NCBI GenBank assembly: GCA_051382295.1
Contig: JBBCAW010000154.1
Location: forward strand, 1-17,206
DNA from: Bdellovibrionota bacterium FG-1
Lineage (GTDB): Bacteria > Bdellovibrionota > UBA1018
Direction: 5' to 3'
Length of the DNA stretch: 17,206 nucleotides
The notes beneath the pieces are model-generated. The model was not told the DNA's origin and did not search any database. It worked only from the letters and a program-made list of their open reading frames with translations. The position numbers and the translations under genes were made by a program. Positions 7,604 through 14,981 of this stretch are shown here, in pieces (the first letter of the stretch is position 1; every line of letters starts with the position of its first letter).

Positions 7604-8405
7604 AATCATTGCTCATGGAGCGCCTGGCCCAGGTCAAGTCCATCAACAACATGCCAACCGCGTTGATCGGGTTGAGACCCAAAAGATCGCGAAACGGATC
7701 ATAGTCCACCGAAGCTTGAGCCGAAGCACCTAATTCAAAGTCACTAAAGGAAACAATGCGAGTGCGAACCTCGGCGCTTGTCCCCAAAACAAAGTGATGG
7801 GGATCAAAACCGTATTCTGGCTCCATGCCGACGCGAGCCGTAGCCCGTCCTGTAAAGGAGCCAGCAGTCCAATCAATTTCGGCGGTTTCGGTAAGCAGAT
7901 GGCGAGTGGCACTTTGATTAGCCTCGGTAGTCAGCTTTTCAAAGTCATACCCCGTCCTGAGATTGAGTTTCACTGCATCCGTTTGGACAATATTTGCCAA
8001 GATGGCAACCCCGGTACGCAGAATGCTGCTATAACCACGGTCGCCTTCAGAGCCAAAAGTCACGCCGTCAAATCGTAATCCCACGTGCGCTCCCTTGATC
8101 AGCGCTTCTGCCGCGCCAATGGTCAGTTTACGTGAACCCAGCTTTGAAAAGTCGCTTGAACTGGCCTGACTATATTGGAGCAAACCATCGATGGAGATCC
8201 AAATATCCTTGGTTTCAATCCTTCCTTGACCAACCTTGGCTTGGATGGTCCACCGGAAGCAAGGACATTGCCCGATTGAAACCTGCACACCGGCCGCGGC
8301 GGCAGCGGGATTAATCTCAATCATATTATCCGCCTGAGCGCCCATCGAGGCGACAGTGGCAACCACACCCAAAAGACCCATAAAACATTTGTGATTCATA
8401 ATCAT
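7602..8405 (-). CDS. Secreted hypothetical protein, probably beta-barrel / outer membrane
   Basis: Signal peptide ending AQA, Gly-rich alternating strands (LNLRTGYDF, AEIDWTAG, FELGASAQASVDYDPF, LMDLTW) and a CPC motif near the N-terminus. Start uncertain among 8405, 8399 and 8381. Confidence 0.75.
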   Translation of the reverse strand: MIMNHKCFMGLLGVVATVASMGAQADNMIEINPAAAAAGVQVSIGQCPCFRWTIQAKVGQGRIETKDIWISIDGLLQYSQASSSDFSKLGSRKLTIGAAEALIKGAHVGLRFDGVTFGSEGDRGYSSILRTGVAILANIVQTDAVKLNLRTGYDFEKLTTEANQSATRHLLTETAEIDWTAGSFTGRATARVGMEPEYGFDPHHFVLGTSAEVRTRIVSFSDFELGASAQASVDYDPFRDLLGLNPINAVGMLLMDLTWARRSMSND

Positions 8406-8494
8406 GACGCGGTGTGTATATTATTTTTTAATGGTTGAAAAGAAAAATGTTGGGGTTGAAACAGAGCGGCAAAGACGGTACAGCTCATTCCTCA

Positions 8495-9307
8495 ATGAAT
8501 ACAGAAGATAATGCCCACGAAACTGTGCAAAACTCACCGGTCGGACAACGCCCCAAAACAGGCGTTAAGTATTTTCTAGAAAATATCTTTTCACTCGGTG
8601 TCGCCCTGTTGATCGTTTTTATGGTGCGCTCGAGCATTTTTGAATCTTTCAAGATTCCCTCTGGCTCCATGATTCCCACCCTGGCCATCGGCGACTATAT
8701 TTTTGTCAATAAATTTGCCTACGGGTTCAAGCTTCCGTTTTCAGATTTATTGCTCTCTGAACCGCTTTATTTAGTGAAGCGAGCCCCTCCTCAACGGGGG
8801 GATGTTATCGTTTTTAGATTTCCAAAAGATGAAAGCATCTACTTTATCAAACGCGTCGTCGGTGTCCCAGGAGATCGCATCGAACTCAGAGACAAGCTTT
8901 TATACCTCAATGATCAACTCGTTCCACGCGACCCGACTCCAGAAGCGGACCAAAAGGCCATTCTGAGTGGTGAGGTCCTCAGTGACCCCCAATACACAGT
9001 GACCAATCCGGATTTTTTTATCGAACATCTAGAGCGTCAAGATCACCAAAAAGTGGATCATCTGATGATCTTGGATAAAAATAACCCATCTGGACGGGAT
9101 TTTGGCCCCATTACAGTGCCGTCAAATTCTTATTTTTGTATGGGCGATAATCGCGATGTATCCAACGACAGTCGTTACTGGGGTTTTGTCCCGATGAAAA
9201 ATGTCGCGGGGCGAGCCACCCGCATATGGTTTTCGTTTTGGATCGTGAATTTTATGGAAGGGAAGTTTTATTTCCATCCCTCGCGGATAGGTACGGCGAT
9301 TCGCTAA
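8495..9307 (+). CDS. lepB: Signal peptidase I
   Basis: One TM helix, then FKIPSGSMIPTL (catalytic Ser), GDYIFVNKF, RGDVIVF, YFIKRVVGVPGD (catalytic Lys) and MGDNRDVSNDSRYWGFVP. ATG 8495 chosen; the track starts at TTG 8435. Confidence 0.96.
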   Translation: MNTEDNAHETVQNSPVGQRPKTGVKYFLENIFSLGVALLIVFMVRSSIFESFKIPSGSMIPTLAIGDYIFVNKFAYGFKLPFSDLLLSEPLYLVKRAPPQRGDVIVFRFPKDESIYFIKRVVGVPGDRIELRDKLLYLNDQLVPRDPTPEADQKAILSGEVLSDPQYTVTNPDFFIEHLERQDHQKVDHLMILDKNNPSGRDFGPITVPSNSYFCMGDNRDVSNDSRYWGFVPMKNVAGRATRIWFSFWIVNFMEGKFYFHPSRIGTAIR

Positions 9308-10788
9308 CTCGCTTTTTTTGCCGAACGACCTTGAAGTAGCCGAACCAACTTGCTTGCAATTTGATCGAGGGGAGCAACGGTTTCAGCACCGCCTAATCGA
9401 ATCGCCTCGCGAGGCATTCCAAATACCACGCAACTGGCCTCGTCCTGCGCGATAGTGTTAGAACCTGCGTCGCGCATCTTGAGGAGGCCCTTCGCGCCAT
9501 CAGCACCCATGCCGGTGAGAATAACGCCAACCGCCGATTTGCCAAGTTCTTTGACCACGGAGTCGAGCAACACGTCCACGGATGGTTTATGTCGATTTAC
9601 AGGAGGAGAGTCATCAATCACAATTCTAATTGTGCCATCTGATTTGACACGTTTAAGGGACATTTGCTTGCCCCCAGGGGCAATCAGGACTCGGTTAGGA
9701 ATAACGAGATCGCCGTCCGAAGCTTCGAGCACCTCAAAGCGGAAAAGATCATTCATACGCATGGCAAAGGCTTTCGAAAAAATAGGTGGGATATGCTGCA
9801 CGATCACGATCGGCGGAATTTTATCTGGCAGTCCCTCCATCAACACACGCAAAGCCTCGGTGCCTCCGGTAGAGGAACCAATAGCGATGACCCGAGAGGA
9901 GTCCATTTCTCCCATTCCGGAAATCGCATTTCTTGCCCCAGCGGCCGAGCTGCGACCTCCGACCGTGACTTTCGCACCAGCGGCTGACTTAATTTTTTCA
10001 ATAATCACGGGGGCAAGCGCCTTGAGCTGATCAAAGGATGGCTTTTGAATATACTCCACTGCGCCAGCTTCAAGGGCCGACAGGACCATGGGTCCTTCTT
10101 CCATACTGATCGAGCTGATCATCACGGTGGGGATTGGATATTGAGGTAAATACTTTTTCAAAAACGTCACGCCATCCATGCCAGGCATGTGGATATCCAG
10201 AGTAATGACGTGTGGCCGATGCTGGCCAATGAGAGGCTCGGCAGCCTCCGCGCTTTCAGCAGTGGCGACCACATGGACCATCGGATCTGACGACAAAATA
10301 CGTGTCATAAGATCTCGAATCGTCTTCGAGTCATCGACAATCATGACCTTAATTGGCCCCGAAGGCTGGGTCGATGATTCAGCGGCTTGAAGCTCCGCCT
10401 TGGAAACTCGGGCGCGTCCGGTTTGCGAATAAAAAAACACCTCGTGGTTTCCATGCCCAAGCTCGTGCCGGGTCGAGGGGGTAAGATTGATACCCGCCAA
10501 AGCAGAACTCACCGTGCTCATGGGCGCTGGAGTACCAATAAGCTTGATGACCGCCCCAGGTTTCTGAACCTTAACATGGCGCTGAATTTGTCGGAGAGTC
10601 TCCTCAATCCAACCATCAGGAAGCGTCGCTGATGTAACCAAAACCGCGACGCCGTGGCTTTCTCCTGGATCAAACGCGGTCAAGACCACGCCCTCGGAAA
10701 ACTCAAAATGAATAACGTCGCCGTCCTCCCAAGACTGAGGTTTCATAGGGCGCGCTTTAATGAGTGTTTCGCCTAAAGATTTAGCCAT
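9304..10788 (-). CDS. cheB: Chemotaxis response regulator protein-glutamate methylesterase with an extra ~130-aa N-terminal degenerate CheD-like domain
   Basis: Receiver domain (IVDDS, TLDIHMP, YIQKP) and methylesterase with intact triad motifs GSSTGG, VQHIP, TGMGADG, plus NRHKPSVD and AQDEASCVVFGMP. Overlaps the cheR end by 8 nt. Confidence 0.95.
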   Translation of the reverse strand: MAKSLGETLIKARPMKPQSWEDGDVIHFEFSEGVVLTAFDPGESHGVAVLVTSATLPDGWIEETLRQIQRHVKVQKPGAVIKLIGTPAPMSTVSSALAGINLTPSTRHELGHGNHEVFFYSQTGRARVSKAELQAAESSTQPSGPIKVMIVDDSKTIRDLMTRILSSDPMVHVVATAESAEAAEPLIGQHRPHVITLDIHMPGMDGVTFLKKYLPQYPIPTVMISSISMEEGPMVLSALEAGAVEYIQKPSFDQLKALAPVIIEKIKSAAGAKVTVGGRSSAAGARNAISGMGEMDSSRVIAIGSSTGGTEALRVLMEGLPDKIPPIVIVQHIPPIFSKAFAMRMNDLFRFEVLEASDGDLVIPNRVLIAPGGKQMSLKRVKSDGTIRIVIDDSPPVNRHKPSVDVLLDSVVKELGKSAVGVILTGMGADGAKGLLKMRDAGSNTIAQDEASCVVFGMPREAIRLGGAETVAPLDQIASKLVRLLQGRSAKKAS

Positions 10789-12664
10789 GAGTCTTACTCA
10801 AAAATTCCATCGACATGTAAGGAAAACTTGTCGCGGGTACCACATCGCTCGCCACACTCGAAAGCCGGTTTTCTTCTGGTCGTGACGAAGATCCGGGATC
10901 TTCGACCAAAAGTTGTCTTCCTGAACCAGAAAATCGTTGAATCAGCTTGCTACTATGGGCTGATGTCGCGCCATAGACGAGGACGGAAAGGGAGCGTGCA
11001 CATTCGCGGTGCATAATGGGCTCAAAGGAGGAGCCAAAGTCCGCAAGATAAACGGATCCCGCCCGCAGTTGAGTTTGAGTGGAATCAATCAACTCGACCG
11101 AAAGTCCGATTTTGCTGCTCAAGGCCTTGGTATATTCTCCCAAGACCTCCCGAGCGCCCTCGACAAAGATAATTGACGGGGGTTGCTTGCCGGTGGCTTC
11201 ACGAAAAAAGGCCGCAAGCTTGTCGACGTGGGAATAACCGGCGACAATCGCACGGAGGCATTTATCCGGCGCGGTGATCACAGGTTTCGTTTTAAAAGCC
11301 TGGTCCAGTGAAATATTTTTTGCTGAGGTATTGGCCCGACTTTGAACCGCACAAAGAAGTTTGGTTCGAATTTCCTCGCCTCTTTCAGCAAAATTAGCAA
11401 GAGCCGGTTTCTCCACAAAGTCACTGGCCCCGCTCTTGAGCGCCAACATCGCTAGATCTGAGTTTTCACGAGAAACTGAAGTAATCATGACGACCGGAGG
11501 GTGCCCCGGGCCATAATTTTTCTGTAAATATTCGGTTCCGGTTTGTTCAGGCATGTGAATATCCAAGGTCACCACGTCAACCTTATGCTGCTTAAGCTTG
11601 GCAGCCGCCTCAAGCCCATTCATCGCGATAGCCACGATTTCAAATCCATTTTCTTTGCAAAGGATTCGTTTTAGAAGCGTATGCACGCTCGGAGAGTCAT
11701 CCACACAAAGGACGCGAATGAGCGCGTTATTGCTAGGCGCCGCAGTAATGGAAACCACTGGTGCGGGTGCGGCTGGTCGCGCCGCTCCGGTTGCCGCGGT
11801 TTTTGGGCGGGTTCTGGAATAAATGGACGGTCCCTCATAAGTAATCGGTAGATTGAGCCCGTTGAGGGTCTCGGAAATGCCTACAAATAAATACCCATAA
11901 GGGCTGAGCCGTTCAATGAGCCGAGAGGTGATTTGTTTGATCTGTTCGGGGGTGAAGTAGATGAAAACGTTACGGCAAAAAATGATATCGTATTCTTCAC
12001 CGGCCTTTGGTGCCCCCAATTGAATGAGGTTTCCAACTTCGAATCGACAAGAATTTCTCAGGGCTTTTTTGGCTTTTACAAATTCAGAAATATCACCCGT
12101 TCCCCGGGCCCAGTGATCACCCAAAAAGGAAAGAGGAACTTCTTTGATTTCGCTGCGATGATAGACGCCATTTCGAGCGATTGCGACTGACTCGGGGTCC
12201 ACGTCCGCCCCTACGATTTCAAATGAAAATCCCGGTGCGAGCCTTGGCAAATGAAAAGCAAGATACATCGCCAGTGAATAGACTTCTTGCCCACGACTGC
12301 AGGCGGCCGACCAGACTCGGAGTGTTTTTCGTCCCTGTGCTTGAGCTGCGGCTACACAGGCTGAAATGGCCTTTTTTTCAAGAAATTCAAAATGCGCAAA
12401 TTCGCGGAAAAAATAGGTATGGTGCGTGGTTAACAGCGAAACCAACATACCGGTTTCAGCCTCGAGATGAGTCCGCAAATATTCAGAATAGCCGTGTTCA
12501 TCGGTGACCCCCAGGTCCATGATCCGCCGCCGTACGCGGGTTTCGACCATGGTCTTTTGTCGTTCCCCGAGCTGTACCCCCGTAATGGAGGATACAATGC
12601 GCGCGACGTCCTCGAATACTGAGGTTGGGTTGATCGAAAGTTCAAGAGCAGTTTTAGGAATCAT
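10781..12664 (-). CDS. cheR: Chemotaxis methyltransferase CheR fused to a CheB-type receiver and a degenerate methylesterase-like domain
   Basis: CheR motifs TTHHTYFFRE, RVWSAACSRGQEVYSLAM, GADVD, YDIIFCRNVFIYF and GYLFVGISE. Then an Ala/Pro linker, a receiver (CVDDS, TLDIHMP, FVEKP) and a ~160-aa C-terminal domain. Confidence 0.93.
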   Translation of the reverse strand: MIPKTALELSINPTSVFEDVARIVSSITGVQLGERQKTMVETRVRRRIMDLGVTDEHGYSEYLRTHLEAETGMLVSLLTTHHTYFFREFAHFEFLEKKAISACVAAAQAQGRKTLRVWSAACSRGQEVYSLAMYLAFHLPRLAPGFSFEIVGADVDPESVAIARNGVYHRSEIKEVPLSFLGDHWARGTGDISEFVKAKKALRNSCRFEVGNLIQLGAPKAGEEYDIIFCRNVFIYFTPEQIKQITSRLIERLSPYGYLFVGISETLNGLNLPITYEGPSIYSRTRPKTAATGAARPAAPAPVVSITAAPSNNALIRVLCVDDSPSVHTLLKRILCKENGFEIVAIAMNGLEAAAKLKQHKVDVVTLDIHMPEQTGTEYLQKNYGPGHPPVVMITSVSRENSDLAMLALKSGASDFVEKPALANFAERGEEIRTKLLCAVQSRANTSAKNISLDQAFKTKPVITAPDKCLRAIVAGYSHVDKLAAFFREATGKQPPSIIFVEGAREVLGEYTKALSSKIGLSVELIDSTQTQLRAGSVYLADFGSSFEPIMHRECARSLSVLVYGATSAHSSKLIQRFSGSGRQLLVEDPGSSSRPEENRLSSVASDVVPATSFPYMSMEFLSKTHG

Positions 12665-12689
12665 GCTTTACTCGATTGTTGGTGACGAT

Positions 12690-14471
12690 TCAAACATCTT
12701 GAAAACGAGGATCATTTTCTTTCGGAATAGGCAACCCGGATGCTCCTACGGCCTGCCTCACCTCAGGCTCAGCCGCACTTTCCATGGGTTTGTTGGGCTT
12801 TATCGGAATGACTTTTGCCAACTTTTTGCTCCCAGAGCTTTTCGGTTTCGCAGCGTTCGCTGATGGGGCCTTTGCGACGGAACCCGAAGAGGTATCGCCA
12901 TTACCATCGATCTCGTGCCGGAGATCGCCCACCATTGCGCGAAGCCCATGAGCCTGCTTGCTCAGCCGTTCGGAGGCTCCGCTGGCTTCCTGTGATGCGG
13001 CGGTGTTTTGTTGCGTCACCTGATCCAATTGACCCATGGCTTTCGTGATCTCCTGGACCCCTTGGGATTGTTCCTGGCTAGCGGTCGCGATTTCAGCGGT
13101 CATTTGAGTCACAGTGTTGACCTGGGTAACAATTTCATCCAGCACTTCGCCACAACGCCGTGCGGTCAGAGTTCCTGCTTCGACCTTCTCGCGCCCCGTT
13201 ACCACCAATTGATCGACCCGACTTTGCGTTTGAGTGACGATCGACTCGACCTTACTGATGCTGGCATCGAGCATTTGGGTAATTTCTTTCGCCGCATTTC
13301 CGCTCATTTGGGCCAGATTTCCGACCTCTTCGGCAACCACCGCAAAACCCTTGCCGTGCTCACCTGCACGCGCAGCTTCGACCGATGCATTGAAAGAGAG
13401 GAGCTTAGTCTGAAAAACGATGTCATTGATCACCTTGGTTTTAGAGCCAATCTCGGAGATGACTTTGACAATTTCGCCCATTTCTTGATTACTTTGCTCG
13501 ATTTGTCGCATGATTTCAGCATTGCTTTTGCTGATGGCATCAATCGAACTAATCATTTCGGTAACGACTACTTTTCCTTTTTCAGCCACGCTTTGACTAT
13601 TGGAGGATACCTCTTGAGACCGTGTGGCATTGTCGGAGTTCTTGTTCACCATCGCACTCACCTGATCCAGCGAGGCTACAGTCTCCTGAAGCGCCGCCGC
13701 CTGTTCATGCGCGGCCGACGATAGTTCAGTGGAAGCGGATGAGACATTGGTGGATTCGCTAGCCACTTGTTGCGCCCCTTCGCTGAGACGATCCGCGATT
13801 TGAGCCAACTTTCCGGCCAGACTTGAGGAAAAGAAAAATGAGAAAATCTGTGAGGCGACAAAGCCGAGAGCAACAATCACAGAGATAATCAGGTTTGCTG
13901 AGGTCGAGGCGGATTGAGCCAAACTGACCCAGGTTTTTGCCTCATCGGCTTGATAATCGGCAAGCCGACCCATTTCGACGGTGTATTCGGCAATCGAAGC
14001 ATGAAGTCCATTAAGATTCTTTCGAAATTCCTCATGATCGGCCGGATTACTGGATTTCATAAGCTCGGAACCTTTTTCGGAAAAATCCTTAAACTTTAGC
14101 CAAAGGGCATTGGTCTTGTTGTACAAAACCTCCGCGTCCTTATCCAAAGGAAGGGCATTAAACGCTTTATTAGCGGCTTCATAACTTTCAACGTAGGTTC
14201 GAATATTTTTTGAATATTCGTGGATTCCTTCAGGGGTCATTCCGCTAAGGCCCATCATGGCCAAGCTCGCGTGAATGCGCCTAAAATTAAGCCGCATATC
14301 TGCGTTGGCGATTATTGAATTTAGGTTTTCATGAGTCACGTGTTCATATTTACCGGATACGTTTCTGAGGGTCAGAAATGACGCGACCCCTGAAGCCAGT
14401 CCAAAGAGACTAATTAAAGTACAGATCGTGACTAATTTATGCTTGAGACTGAATTTATCCGTGAAGCTCAT
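12690..14471 (-). CDS. Methyl-accepting chemotaxis protein with a periplasmic four-helix-bundle-type sensor
   Basis: Two TM helices flank a ~155-aa helical domain. Signalling hairpin INDIVFQTKLLSFNASVEAARAGEHGKGFAVVAEEV; methylation helices EQAAALQETVAS and QQNTAASQE; flexible tail ending RFQDV. Confidence 0.96.
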   Translation of the reverse strand: MSFTDKFSLKHKLVTICTLISLFGLASGVASFLTLRNVSGKYEHVTHENLNSIIANADMRLNFRRIHASLAMMGLSGMTPEGIHEYSKNIRTYVESYEAANKAFNALPLDKDAEVLYNKTNALWLKFKDFSEKGSELMKSSNPADHEEFRKNLNGLHASIAEYTVEMGRLADYQADEAKTWVSLAQSASTSANLIISVIVALGFVASQIFSFFFSSSLAGKLAQIADRLSEGAQQVASESTNVSSASTELSSAAHEQAAALQETVASLDQVSAMVNKNSDNATRSQEVSSNSQSVAEKGKVVVTEMISSIDAISKSNAEIMRQIEQSNQEMGEIVKVISEIGSKTKVINDIVFQTKLLSFNASVEAARAGEHGKGFAVVAEEVGNLAQMSGNAAKEITQMLDASISKVESIVTQTQSRVDQLVVTGREKVEAGTLTARRCGEVLDEIVTQVNTVTQMTAEIATASQEQSQGVQEITKAMGQLDQVTQQNTAASQEASGASERLSKQAHGLRAMVGDLRHEIDGNGDTSSGSVAKAPSANAAKPKSSGSKKLAKVIPIKPNKPMESAAEPEVRQAVGASGLPIPKENDPRFQDV

Positions 14472-14486
14472 GTTTCCACCTTTTAT

Positions 14487-14981
14487 TTAAGCAGCCTTTT
14501 TCAATGGCACGGTGTTCTTAATGGCGTGCATATCTTCAACACTGAGGACCCGTGCAATATCTAATAAAAGGACCAACCTTTTATCTTTTCTACGATATAC
14601 ATTGGTAATGTAATCGGCAATTTTCGAGCCGTGGATATCCGGCTTGCCAGAGAGATCGCCCTCGGCTGGGGTGAGTACGGAGTCGATTGAGTCGACCACC
14701 ACCCCGAGGCAGATCGGCGCCAAGTCGCAGATAATGACCGCATTTTCAGCGGTATTTTGGGGCTTAATGCCAAATTTGGTTCGTAAATCGATGACTGAGA
14801 TCACCTGCCCACGCAAATTCATGATTCCCAAAAAATGGGAAGGCGTAAAGGGTATGGGCGTGACCTCAGGGACGGCAATCACTTCTTTGACGCACAGAAG
14901 TGGAATTGCATAATCCTCATTTCCAAGTGAAAAACTGAGAAACCGATTTCCAGTGAAATGACTCTGATTACTGTCGCTCAT
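14487..14981 (-). CDS. cheW: Chemotaxis coupling protein CheW
   Basis: FLSFSLGNEDYAIP, VKEVI, TPIP, LGIMNLRGQVISVIDLR, GVVVDSI, LLLD. ATGA overlap with the cheA stop. Confidence 0.96.
   Translation of the reverse strand: MSDSNQSHFTGNRFLSFSLGNEDYAIPLLCVKEVIAVPEVTPIPFTPSHFLGIMNLRGQVISVIDLRTKFGIKPQNTAENAVIICDLAPICLGVVVDSIDSVLTPAEGDLSGKPDIHGSKIADYITNVYRRKDKRLVLLLDIARVLSVEDMHAIKNTVPLKKAA

Noticed and set aside
8409..8417. GCGGTGTGT shared with 6489-6497 upstream of two minus-strand genes
   Set aside because: Only 9 bp, at different distances from the starts, and the palindrome is not reproduced; compatible with chance.
6642..10788. Glutaminase as a functional replacement for the dead CheD deamidase
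   Set aside because: The glutaminase has a signal peptide, while receptor Gln sites are cytoplasmic, and the intact CheB can itself deamidate receptors.
13008..13724. 238-aa plus-strand ORF, and similar antisense ORFs at 9455..10030, 16086..16640 and 2302..2766
   Set aside because: Antisense shadows of well-supported genes, with no recognisable motifs or RBS.
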